A stretch of DNA of 64,000 nucleotides, taken from Balanoglossus misakiensis (taxonomy: Eukaryota; Animalia; Hemichordata). Shown here one piece after another: positions 15,098-28,176 of the stretch; position 1 is the first letter of the stretch; each line of letters opens with the position of its first letter. A program made the position numbers and the translations under genes. Under the pieces are notes generated by a model, which was not told the DNA's origin, did not search any database, and was given only the letters and a program-made list of their open reading frames with translations. Where the stretch lies: NCBI GenBank assembly GCA_040954595.2, contig CM082594.2, positions 6,395,962 through 6,459,961 of the forward strand, written 5' to 3'.

Positions 15098-15890
15098 GGC
15101 TGCATTCACAAACACCTCTGGAGGGGGGGGCGGGAGAATTCAATTTTTTTTACCGCTAATTTTCACATGCCCCCCCACACAACCCGAAATATTTTCAAAT
15201 CCCCCCCTTCCGTACTGCCAAAATTTTGAAATCCCCCCCCCCCCCATTTTCTTTCACAGAGCAAAACACATCTATCTTGTAAAAAAGAAAAACAGCGTTC
15301 CCATGAAAAGAATTTGAAACTGATGTTTCCCCTCATCAGTGGGTATTAAAACTGAACATTGTTTTTATTGTTTAAGTATTTGTATTCTGTGTTGGGAGAC
15401 ATTGTAAACCGAGAATTGAAGGGGGTGGGTTTGGGAGGGGGTGTCCCCCTCCCACGTAAGAAAATTTTATAAAATACAGAGCTCAAAGCTGCATTTTAAT
15501 GAACCCAGCAAAAGCAAATTAACTCAACTACCGGTATGTTGGGGAGGACAAATTAAACCGTCGCCGCTCAAAGTTATCATGGGGTGGGGGCAAGTCCCCT
15601 GACCTGGGACACTAGATAAAGCAGTAAATGATTGAAAGGTGTTGATGAATGGAGGGGGTGGGTGTGGGAGGGGGTGTCCCCCTCCCACATTAGAAAATTT
15701 TGTAAAATAAAGGGCGCGAAACTGCATTTTTGTGGACTCAAAATAAATATTTAGTCGTCAAAGTTTTCAAGTCCCCCCCTTTCAGTCCTTAAATTATTTC
15801 AAATCCCCCCCCTTACATACCCTCAATTTTTTCAAATCCCCCCCCTCAATTCTCCCGCCCCCCCCTCCAGAGGTGTTTGTGAATGCAGCC
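15098..15890. mobile_element. Non-autonomous DNA transposon (MITE), PIF/Harbinger (Tourist-like), 793 bp
   Basis: Perfect 43-bp terminal inverted repeats GGCTGCATTCACAAACACCTCTGGAGGGGGGGGCGGGAGAATT (15098-15140 and 15848-15890), flanked by TTA on both sides (15095-15097, 15891-15893); no transposase ORF. Confidence 0.92.
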
Positions 15891-18800
15891 TTATGAGTGA
15901 TAATCCCCCAAGTCCACACCCTTCTAATCACCACAGCAACAAAAGAAAACAATGCGCTGGTCTGTGGCGTTATTATGAACAAATTTTCATGATAATTTTC
16001 TACCATAATTACGAAGTCGACAGTGTTTCTGAATACTAGTAAAGAAACATTATTTTCCAACTGTACATAGGTGGTAATATTTGAAGTAGTTCTATTCTGT
16101 TAATTTGAAATGTTTGTAATGGCAATGGGAACCCTGGTAACATTTATATGGGTTACTGTCCGTAACAATAACAGTGTACCCAGGTGATAGATATGTTGGT
16201 TTGGATTTAATAGCCTGTCAGGGTTAATGGGTAATACATGGCTAGAAATGTGGGCCACACACACCACTGACCAGTGGGAATGTGGCTTTATCAAGACATA
16301 CCATCAAGGCTAAGGTGACATTTGTTTACAAAAGTGGGGGCTCATATCTGGAGAACACTGAGCAGAATGCAGTTGTTATCTGGGGATCTGTCACAGTGCT
16401 GAAACATGTTGTGTTTAGTTGTTGTCAGTCTGTCATCAAAACATGTGTACTGTGTTCTCTTTAAGGCTGCTGTCATCAGAAATTGCGTACTTCTTGAGAA
16501 TGGTAGCACACCTGATTATATGTGCTTTATTTACAAAATAGATGTTTTGCTGTGTATGGTTATTATTTCTGATTAAACAAAGTTAACTTCAGAATTTCTA
16601 TGAATTGTAAAAGCAGGCAAATTTTAAACAGAATGTAAAAAATATGCTCGTAAAATATTGCTAATGAAGTTGATTGATGCATTGGGCGGTACTGTGATAC
16701 TGACACTATTTGTAAAAATTATTGTGCATATTTTATTGGTTCAAATACTAATGCACAGATAGTTAACCCGTTGACGGATTGGCTTGAATTGAAAGGCTCG
16801 AGACTTAGTGAGTACGTTAACTCAAAATGCCCTTTCCAGACCCCAGGACTTGTTAAAGACAAGAACTCCGCCGGCTCTTGTGTGCCAGGAAGTTGAACAG
16901 CAAGCAGTGCAGTCAAACTGACAAGGAAGAGAATGCCTGGTTAGATGTTCGCTGCCGCCACTAATAATAATAGTGCAGTGGGAAGGTATCTTTTTCACAA
17001 CTTGACGGCTGCTAGTACAAAGCCCCAGTAGTTCTCTCCAAATCATAATGTCAGTATCGTTTCCTGTGTGGCCACTGACAGCGGATTTTTAGTTTCTATC
17101 TTCAAAGAGGAAACGCAGATTGATTCCACATGGCCGTTTAGCTTTTTTTTAGTCAATTTGATGTGAAGCAATGCGAAGTAATACTCCAAGTGTGTCCCAA
17201 CACGCTTCAGAAGCAAGAGCCACCCTTTGACGACATATCCCTTTAACCCCATTTACGACAACACTTCGGATCAATCCATTTTTTTTTTTTTTGAGTCTGT
17301 AGGTTCAACCACAAACAGGCAGTAAAGGACAACATGTTTAGACTTGATGTAATATTCCACAATGTTTTCTGATACTTGTAATTTTTATCTGACTCACAGA
17401 AAGCAAGGGGATATCTTGCAATGCATTGTGGGTAAACTGTGGATAAACTCTGGGAACTGCATACCATCAGGCAACTAAAATTTTTTTTATTTAGAAATAT
17501 CCCCATCAGCAATCCAACTTCATTATTTTCAATGTCGTACGTTGTGTGCTTTTTGAGTTGACACTGTTTGGATGATTTGCATGCGGAGGACGAACCCCTG
17601 AACACCTGCCATTGCACGGTGGCATGCCCGCAGTTTCCAATCAACTGCATTCTGAAGAAGGCAAGGACAAAAAGAATGGTCGGTGGAGGCATTGAGAGTC
17701 TTCCTTGGCGTGGAGCCAATCAAACCCGGCCACTCACATCCGGAAATTAACTCCCAACCATTGAACTGTTAGAACAGAGGATATTCAGCATTTTGTCTTT
17801 TGTTGCAGAATTCTCAACAACGAAAATTGCATGCCACAGATGTCAGAAGTATGTTTCTTTCTGCGACTTTTTCTCCTTATACGTGTTGGCTGTTGGTTTC
17901 TATAAACATAACCACTATGGCTGGCTTTTCTAGTCTTTCTGATGTGGGAGCACTTATCCGATAACATCAACTCTGTATACAATGGCCATGCTTCGTTTAA
18001 CCCATTGTTGTTGGCTTGTTACTTTTTAATGTGGACATACTTCCATTGTCACTGTGTTTAGCTGACAGATGGTCTTAATAGATTAATTTGTCAGTTTTAA
18101 TTTGGAGGAACGTTTAGCTCTTTTGAGACCTAAGGCTAGAAATATAACTGGCCAAAATTTAAGCCTGTCTGTTGTTTTCCTATCAAGTATAACTGAAATT
18201 AAAAATTAAAATACAAATTTGAGAAAGACTGCCCAGAGTACAAAGTAAATGACATTGATGGGAAGTTTTTCATACCAAATGCAGGTCAAGTTCATGAAGT
18301 TCAATTTTGCCGTTACAGTTGCTAATATTACAATAACAACTATCATATACTAGTATTGCCCCCCCCCCCTCCACACATACATATACATCATGCACACACT
18401 CGTTGTTACTAGTAGGTACTTTCCAGACGATACTGATGTCAAAATATTGTCATTTATGAAGGAATTAAAATAAATCCTCCAGGCCAATGCAGAACCCAAA
18501 CTCGGGTGAAAGAAATGTGAATAAAGACTAAAGTTGATGTCTTTAAATAACTTCAGTTTGTGGAATGGCCCATGATAATGGAAATATCTCTGTAGAATTT
18601 TTATTGGATGCAAGTGCAGAGGCATTCTTTCAGCAGATAGCGTTTAATGGGGAACATTTAAAGAGAAACAAGGGCCGGTTCATCTCACTGGACATGTGAA
18701 GCCACTAGGGCATACCAGTGTTATCTGTGAAGTGCCTCAGTAGAGATACACATGGAATTTTTATTTCGTCCGGCAGCTGACAGGCTATCTCCGTCGTCAT

Positions 18801-20631
18801 TTGCAAGAGAAACATAAAAAGGAATCTAACATGCCAGTTGAGGAACCCAGGCACGTTTCTCGTAGGACATGAAGATAGCTGCAGGAAGTGATTGCCAACT
18901 GGCCCAGTGCTTGATTTGAGGAGAAAAACAAGAAGACAAGAATGCTATTTTCATGAAAATCAGACAACGGAGAACAGTTGAACCAGGAATTGGGGAACGA
19001 TAATGAATATTTTGTATACTAAAGTAACTGTTGTTTTCGGTAGTTACTGAGTCAGTATAATAATCTTGGCGAGTCAGTACAAATTAAAGATCATAGAAGA
19101 TATTGCTGCAGGTTAATTTCATACTGAACCCAAGTATACAGTTCCATTCAGCAAAGTCGATTAAGAGAAATGATATAAGAATACGTTTCTAATGATTCCC
19201 CCTTCAAATACGCGACGTGTTTTATTTATTAACACAAATGAAATGGACCACCTTCATTTGCATAATGACGTGGATACGCCAGCAGGAACAGCTGGCCGCG
19301 GAGAACAAAAGCGGTTACCATGGGAACATAGGAAGATTGATTTTCAATGAGCTGGATTAAACATTTCATTATTGTATGCCTGGTAACGATTCTATAGCCA
19401 CAGGGATATTTTCGATGCAGTCATTAAATGTTAAACACTTTGTTACATGAAAAAATAACAAAAAATCAAATCTATCGTAAATCTCAGAAAGGGGACAGAG
19501 GTCATTGCCCCGAGAAACTTGTGTTGATTTTATGCTGTCTTACGTACGTACAAGAAGAGTGCGTCGCAACAACGATCTCAAACTCCATTCATCATTTCAT
19601 GATTGTCCACCACTCAGTTCACAGTGTTCGGGGAAAATGCTTGGAACTCCCGTTAGCTTTTTGTAAAAGAAAAAGCACATTACACACGTGCATATTTATA
19701 CCGTTATAACAAGTTGATTCCTTGTTAAATTATTGGCAAAACCCAGTGAACATATAGTCTTAATGTGAAACACCTGGATTTCCCATTTGCTTTCTATTCC
19801 GAGTGTACGTGATGCCGCCCGCAGCAATGCTCTACATTTTCTGGTTGCAATCGTGTAACCCCTTGACCTCCACATACATTAAAAAGTCTAACGTTATTCA
19901 CCTCAAAAATGAATTTCTCACATTAGGAAGTGCTCTCGCTTGAAAAAAGTCAAGGATGAAAATCAGAGGTGACCATTCAATGAATACTAAATTTTCTGCA
20001 GTGTACCACTGATATGAAAAATTCAAAATGGCGGTTAACTCTAAGGCAAGACATTCTGTTGTAAATTTATGTGCACCAATGGTGGTGAACAATTGGCTTG
20101 ACCGCAGTGTTTTCCACCTAACACAGTCATATGAAGATTTTTTACATTAAGATTTTGATGTAAAATGATCATAAAACTTGTGTTTGTTTGAAAAGATTAT
20201 GTGACTTTGGTGAACCTGTCTCAGTATACTGTGAGAAGAAAGATGGCAAGGCTTTGCTAAAATTTTAATTTTAGTAGGGATGAAGTTTTTGGTGTATGTC
20301 AGAGAGCTGCAATGCCAACAGTCAACTATACATTCTCTCATATTCTTTCATGTTATATATACATACCATGGAGTTATACATCAAACATGTATTTCTACTT
20401 TCAGAGTGTTGTTTTGGAGTGAGTGTGGGAAATTTATGACATGTCAAAAAATGCTTAATAATATTTTGATGCCAGTTTTCAATATCTTCTCTCTGTGATC
20501 AGTTTACTCAGAAATGTACACAGCTAGGATGACACCCCCAAGAGCTAGCCACATTAGTATGTGACGTGCAAACACTGCGGATCTCCCAAACGTCCAGTGG
20601 GGGAGTCCGATTTTGGTCCGTCCCAAAGGAC

Positions 20632-20645
20632 GTTGCCATGGCAAC
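20632..20645. promoter_or_regulatory. Perfect palindromic RFX X-box within a CpG-rich enhancer-like patch
   Basis: GTTGCCATGGCAAC; a full CRE TGACGTCA lies at 20819-20826. Confidence 0.55.
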
Positions 20646-22209
20646 CCTTCTGCGGCTCCCGAGAGACCCCAGGGGTTGCGGATCTGCAGATCATTGTGGG
20701 TATCGGTGTGACCTTTCCTGAATACGTGACATTTCAAAAACATGCGTGGAAACCTTCTAGATGGCGACGGCATCAAAAGCAGCTGTTAACGTCGCCTATT
20801 TTTCCCTGGCGTTCGCACTGACGTCATCGCGCAATAACTGTGCCAGTTCCTTTATATTTGTTCCAAAACCAAGCATACGTGCCCCTGATGGACACAGATG
20901 TCGCCAGGAACAATGCACGCAATAAAATTAAAGGTTTTTAAGCTGTGTGCTGATATTTCCCCCTTATCAAGTGAAGATTTTTTTGTTCCCCCTGCGAATA
21001 ACATTCCACCCTTGAGGGAATACCATATTGGAAGTTTCGTGATAAGCTGACAAAATACTTTCCTTTATCTTTTAACACCAAATTCATCACTTTTTATCAG
21101 AACTAGTTTTTTCAAAAACCCAAGTGAGAGTAACCACAGTTACTTGGCAATATGTTATATTTCATCGGAATGGATAAATTAATTTCCTGTTTGATATCAT
21201 CAGATATTCACATCGGCCTACTTGTTATCTAATGGCTGACAGACACATACACTGCACATTACAAGTTTCTGAATTCCATTTTATATTGACTGCTCTTCCT
21301 TTTCAACTGCACTGTATGATTTGACAAGAAAAGGCTCATTATTAAAATTAAAATGACAAAAAGCTGTTCACTTGTTGAAAATTATGAGTCGAAATATAAC
21401 TGATAGTTCACATTTGAAGGAGACAGTTTTGATCAAATGGGAGCATGGTGTCTTTGGCGCTATTTTTTAGTATGTGAAAACGTTGCATGTTTGATTCACT
21501 GATCTAGTGCATGTCTCTCCTTGGAGAGAGAATCACCACTGATCCAGAGCTTAGCTTGAGACATTAGCCTCAAATCCTGGGCAGACGGTTACCCGGTCAT
21601 TAGTCGAAGAGCCTTTTGAAATCACAAATATTAGCGGTGCAGGTTGAATATTTCACCGACATAAATGTTTGATGTTTCCAATCACTGCGTATCTCCCAAA
21701 GCCAAAAGAACCCAGTGTGTCCGTGAAAATAATTTCCCTGTTTCATCTCTGTTTTTGTAAGTTGAGATATCAGATTTCTCTGCGCTGATTCTCTACGACA
21801 GATTGATCATGATGAATGGTGAACTGGCAAGCTTTTGAGACAGGAAATAACAAAGTTTGGTCGGTTAGCATTGTCGTCATTGTCAGAGTTCTCAGGGCTT
21901 GCTGCTGCAGTTGTCACCATGGCAACATCCACATTACCACATAACTAACATTTCAACAGTCTGAAGTATGTGCGAGCGTTATGTGCTGTGCTTAGGTTCA
22001 TGCAGATTGATTTCAGTGCAGCTGAATTTCCTTCGACTGTTATCTCTGCATTTGTAAGGATCATCATCCATCTATCTCTTGGTTCATTTCTTTGGACGTA
22101 CATGGGTATGGCTGTACTTATCTAGTTTCATCTGTTCATCCATTACCCAGGCATTCAACTGTAAAAAATCTAATTTTGATTTGATAACCTGATTTGTATT
22201 GTGTATTCT

Positions 22210-22289
22210 CTCTATTTCCCTCTCTCCCTCTTCCCCCTTCTCTCTCTTTCCAACACACATACATTTCTGTCTCTTGCTGCTACACACTC

Positions 22290-22320
<31 letters not shown>

Positions 22321-22356
22321 TACACAGAGAGACAGACACATGCATACAGATGCACA
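22210..22356. repeat. CT-rich then (CA)n compound simple repeat
   Basis: tctctc tracts followed by a cacaca run at about 22300-22320. Confidence 0.85.
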
Positions 22357-25300
22357 CGTTCCATTGTTATTATGAACCCCACATTCCTCTGTCCACCAAT
22401 CTGATTGTCGTGTGACCCGAGCCATGCAAATTCTTTAAATGAATTTCATCCATCATGTTGAACGAACAGCATAAATTTACGAGGGAGAATAGAATGCTCC
22501 CAGACATGGAACACAAAATATCAACATCAATAACCTTCTTTTCATTTAAAATATAACAGAGAGATCAACCATCCAGTCAACCATTGCGTCTCATCAGTTT
22601 TACACTCTGTTGTTTTTGTATGAGTAAATAACATTAATTTTTAATCTAGATTCAATCATCTTGGCGCTTTTTTTACCGTACATGTCTAGTTGCATGAGTT
22701 TGTAATGACTCCCTTATGTGCCACCAATCTCTTCGATAGCCTGCTATCAGTTTATGTGTGTGGTAGCAATTTAGGCGAAATATTTTGCTTATCTACCCGT
22801 AAGTTGTAAAAATCACTTTCCATTTGGTGCAGTTATCTGGTGACACGGCTGATTGATCGCTGGCTGAGCTAGTCTCGGACACTTTTAACGACAAAAAAGG
22901 CAATCAGTAAGCGCGCTGTGCGTTTATGCAGCGACTGGTTTTCTGCCAAACCGTTGCAGTGAGCTTCGCTTGAAAATTTCGCGATCTACCTCAATTCCAG
23001 GCACGTTTCGGCTATCCTTAGGGTGATCCTTTTATGCTTGACTTTCATCGCTTTCATTTTTCGCTCAAACTCCCACTTGGCGAAAAAACAAATTGGTACT
23101 TGAAACCACCAAATATAATGAATTCCACACACAAAAGTTGTTCATCTGGTAAATTGCTGTTCTGTGAAATTGGAATCTTTCAGCTCGCAAATTCGCATTC
23201 ATGTAACCTTTAAAAACGCACATAGTAATCATGCTCCCTGGTCTTTATGTACCTGAACCGACTATAGAAATCAGTAATGATGATTTTGTATGATACATTA
23301 TGATTATGAATACATTCAATTACCCTGTCTTTCATTCAGTCTCTGAAAAGCCCATTCCATCCCCTGCCAATTTACCTGCCACCCCCCGCGTTCAAAGTGG
23401 GCTGTCCTGATGGTATTTCGCATACAGTCTTTAGAAATATTTTTTATCTGACTACCATGTTATATAGTTAAGAATTCTTCAGATTTGAGGGAATAGTTTT
23501 CCGAGGGTTGTACTTGACCAGTACTGGAGCGGCGTTCACGGTTTTGTCAGTGAGTATTTGACGTTTTTGAGTATCTGTGTCTTTTGCTGGCTCGTTTTTT
23601 TTACACGCTCCTCCATCGCCTAATTGTGTTCTCGCATCAGTTTCTGATGCATCCAACGGTTTTAGCTGAATGGTGGAGCAAATTGCGTGAGAAACAGCAC
23701 TCGGGTTTGTCTGCACGGTGAATGGAAATATCGTGCGACCGTTCTCTTCTTTTTTTCGCGGGGCTTGATTCCTTTGCGAATGCTTTTTGCTCAGAAATCA
23801 GACCGTTTATTAAATTGAACACCATGCCCTTGATCAAATTTGCTCCGAGACTTTAATACAGAGCTGTAAATGTACTGCATTATTGTCAGGGAAGTAAGGG
23901 AGTCTTTTTTGTGTATGTTGGAAATTTGGTCTTTGCTTCTATAAACCAACACTCTGTCGACGAGTAACCATGGATTGGACAAAGAGTCTCGGTTATCCTG
24001 GGGCTGTGGTGTTCATTCCACTGCAAATACTGGGTATCTGCCTTAGATTAATCTGAGAAGGCACACCACACATACACGAGATCTCGTCACATTTGTTTCA
24101 TATTTACCCTGATAGTATAGATACAGAAGCCATTAGATACTTGGACCCTGGCCAAGCTTAATTTTACTGACTCTGTATGTATATCTTCCATATTTCGCAT
24201 CAGCCGGGGTGATATTCCGGTCACCTCTTGCTGCACACTGAACTGTCTCCCCTCTCTTTTGATGTGAGCAGCCTGAAATTTTTCATTTGAGCTCAGCATG
24301 GTTCAACTAAAAGCTCGCCCATCCCTGAGTCGTTATGGCGATGGATGTAACACCTTTCCTTTCTGATTCAGTATGGTGGAAAAGAGTATCAGGCCTAGCT
24401 GGCAAAAGCTTAGAAATCGACGTTTGTTTTTTACCTTCTGGGGAAAAAAGTTGATTGACATGATCCCCGCAGTCAAAATGACATGTACTGGCAGGACCTC
24501 TGTCGATTATGTAACGAAATTATTACCCTCCATTGTCAGAGGATGTGCTATTTCATGCTTGAGTAGTTTTTTTTTACGACATCTGTGAGCAATGGCTAAT
24601 CAAATAACTCTTCTCTCCCAAGCAAAGTTAGGTCCATTACCGTTTGTTGTGTCCCGTTACAGGCATTATAGGCGGCAGTTAGATTTATTTATCAACTTGT
24701 GAAATAAATGTTTATAGCATTGTTCTGGCGTTTTGGCACGTAGCGTCGAACTGTAATGTAGTCACTGCAGAACCATTAGCCTACTTTATGATACAACGTG
24801 AGGAATTAACGTTTTGTGTACTTTGTCGTATCAAATTTTTTCAACATTATTCGTGTTTGGTGCCTTAATTAGACACTAAATCCCGATGGACTGGCTGTTG
24901 TTTTTAAGGGTATTGTGCAATGCTGGAGGTGATTGCTGGCATATGCGTAGGTGTGTGATACAGTAAGCATATATTTTAAATTCACGATGGTCATGAATAC
25001 AATTTGTTCTCCAAGCTAATCATGATTTAGTGAAAAGAACAGAATGTTTCAGTACTGTCAGGAAAATCTGTTTCAATTGTTGGTAGGTACTTGGTTCCAA
25101 TGCCAGTTTAAATATTACCACACACTAAAAGCATTTTCGGCGATGTTTTTGTTAATAGATGTTAATTCTTAGCTCTCGTCATCTCCAATCTGATGAATGT
25201 TTCTGTGTATTTGAATAACCAGAGTGATGACGTTTTCATATTTTTTTTCCAAACGGCAACTGGCGTTCACAAACATGAGCTGTGGCCGTGATGAAAGAGT

Positions 25301-28049
25301 TGGAAGTGCCCACAGCAGGCGGGGTGGGGTGGGCGGGACTAGTAGATTAATGCACACATACTGTGTCATAGAGGATCACACGGCTCTCCCTTGGTGACAA
25401 TATGTTCCATTGTTTGTTTTTCGGAGATGTTGAGAATTGTAGTGGAATGACACGTAGTACCACAAACCCAAAATAAAATTGCGGTGAGATATTTTCAAAG
25501 TCGTAAAATTTCAAAAATCGCATCAACGTCATAAAATATGTTTCTACAGTGTCTCGACCCAATATGGCTGGACTCCTGCTGGCTACAAAAAAATAATAAT
25601 CTACTTATACCTGGTCAGTACTGCTGTTTTCATTTGTATGACTTCAGCATTCACCAATGCATTACCCTATATTCTCCCGACAAAATGGCCAAAACGCTAA
25701 TGGTTGAGAGAGGCAAATTATTGATTTTCTTCATCAACCCTTGCGTTCATAATTAAATTTTCTAGCACAGAGTGATCTTTTCAATTAATGTGAACTATTC
25801 AATTTGTGGTCTCACTGCAATTAGTGTTTTTGCATCACTGCAACTAGACTAACAATGTTACATGGTCACTGTTGTTTTTAATGAGGCTGAGTGAAAAATT
25901 AAAATCAAGAAGCATTTATTGTTTGACATATTAATTAACAGAAACTCCAATTCTACATGCAAATTTCTGCTGCAAGTTGATAGACTTTTTGGAAGAGCAG
26001 TGGGATGTTGAAAATAACATCGAAATCTGCTTTGAGACTCAGGCCAATACCCTTTGTGAAAAATGGGTTAGCAATATATTTACCATAGGATGTTATTTAT
26101 TCATTGTTTGAAAAAAAGACAAATTTTAGGAGTAATAAAGCAGGCCACAGGCTATCAGCCATGCGTGTAAATTACTGGACGGCAAATAGAGTGCTGCTAT
26201 GGCGATCTGACGCGGTTTGTAAATTGCTGCAGTCGTGTAACACTGCAGACTGAAGATGTATTAACTGAACCCAAGCTGTTGGTTTTTCTTTTACAATAGG
26301 TGTCAGTTCAGCACATTCTGTCTTGTATCAGTAAAGTGTCAATACGACTCTCTTGTCAGTATATGTATTTAACTGCAACAATTTTTTGAAGGAACTTGGA
26401 TGATTAGATTTCGACTTCATGTACTACTACGTTCAGTTCCACAGAGTGTAAAATTGTTGCGTCAGATGATTGATAGGAAAATTTAATTAAAAAAATATAT
26501 TTTTGATAGCAAACCCCTGCTGTTTTGATAATTATAACAGTTTCAACCTAAAACTGTGTTACCTGTAGGTGGGTGGGGAAAAAGTAAGTCTACAACAATA
26601 ACAGATGAATTAAATGTATCAATGGTAATCTACAGATATCCGGTATTGTAAACCAACCCTCTCTCTCTCTCTTTCCTTCAATTTTTCTATCGACCTACTT
26701 GCGTCAACTCCGGATAATTGAGTAACCTGTTCTCATGAACTCTAGGTCACTGGATTTGGTAATGGTTATCTGATACCAGCAATTTTCTGATTCTTTGAAT
26801 ATGAATATCCCAGTGGTTTTGTCCCCAACCTATGTGAGTTTTTTGACAAAAAAATCTGTGAGTAGTGTGGAATTTGCATATTAAGCTCTTACCCATCACT
26901 CAGCATGGACTAATAACCGTCACATCATTCTGATATCGTCATAAAAAATATGTATTTTGCTTTTCGGTGCAAAAGAATGCCATGTGATCAATATATTGGA
27001 TTTTGTGAAGTCTGGTTTTTCGTCCATTGAAATTAAAACTAGCCGAGTTAGAATATTATGATTTTTCTGAACAGACTAAATTATTGCACATTTTATTGTG
27101 TTTTGAAATGCATGTTTGTTTCGGCCAGCCTTCCGTGTAATGGCGATAAAATGGGTATGAAATGCAAATACGATTCAGATATCGCCAGAATCACATCCAT
27201 TACAGCTGTCACGAGGGCTAATTTGTTCTTTGTTGCCGTTTTGTCAGCTTGCCAATAAATTTATCATGTGCAATTATCTTCTCTGTTTGTAATCGGTGCC
27301 ATCTTTTACCATGATATTGAAATGGAAACACGACTTTCCCTGTGCTAATCTTTGTGTTTTTGTGATGCAAAGTTATTTGATCAGGGAAATGATTTGATTG
27401 TGGTGGCAGCAGTACAGTTGTGTGGGGATTATTTGCGAATGATCTTGCCTACAATGCAGATACTGGTATACATCTACTTTCTAAAGCTTGTAATCGTAAC
27501 ACATAAAATTTTTACTAGCTGTGTTGTCAATTCAAGATAGCAATAGAGAAACTTGGATCTAGTCGGATTTTTATTGCCCTGGATCCTTTTGTTCGGACTT
27601 GTTTATTATTTGGGTGTTTTTTTCCCTGTGGACAAAAGTTCTCCTGTTGTGTGCTTAAACCACTGTCCCAACTGCGACCACTGCCAATGGATATGGTGTG
27701 GTGGGGTTGTCTGTAATTGGTTGGTTCCGACTCATGAATATTTGGCCCCACATGTGTTTATGGCTCGGGGAACAGGAATGCAGGGGTAGTAAGCCGAGAA
27801 GCCTCATTAAGATTCAGATTTGAGACAGGCTGCCTGGATCTCGGCCAGAGTTCAAGGGTGTCTTCGCAAGAGCTCGGTTGTGTGTGTGTGTGCCTGTTGT
27901 TACGTACACGTCCATTGGATATTTGCCCCTCGTCTGCAGTTGTGACATTTTGTGAGTGGAAAGCATCAGCTAAGTGGGTCTCCTTTTGGCCAGGCGTTGC
28001 CGTGCAGTTATCTCACTTGATAAAAAGTTAAAGTAGAAACAGTTTCTCT

Positions 28050-28176
28050 TCTCCCGATTGGCTGTCTCTTCTCCCGCACTGAAAAAACTGTGCGACATTA
28101 CCCATGTGGTGTGGTGATGTTCATTTGGCTCCTGTGAACTGCGCCAGTCGGATCGCTACCTGGCATAATTGGCAAG
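28050..28176 (+). promoter_or_regulatory. Candidate alternative 5' non-coding exon of PCBP
   Basis: GATTGG near 28056 and donor AAG|GTATGT at 28176; the 5' boundary is not determined. Confidence 0.3.

Noticed and set aside
17243-17750. Cluster of overlapping ORFs up to 158 aa
   Set aside because: No homology recognised; spans poly-T runs.
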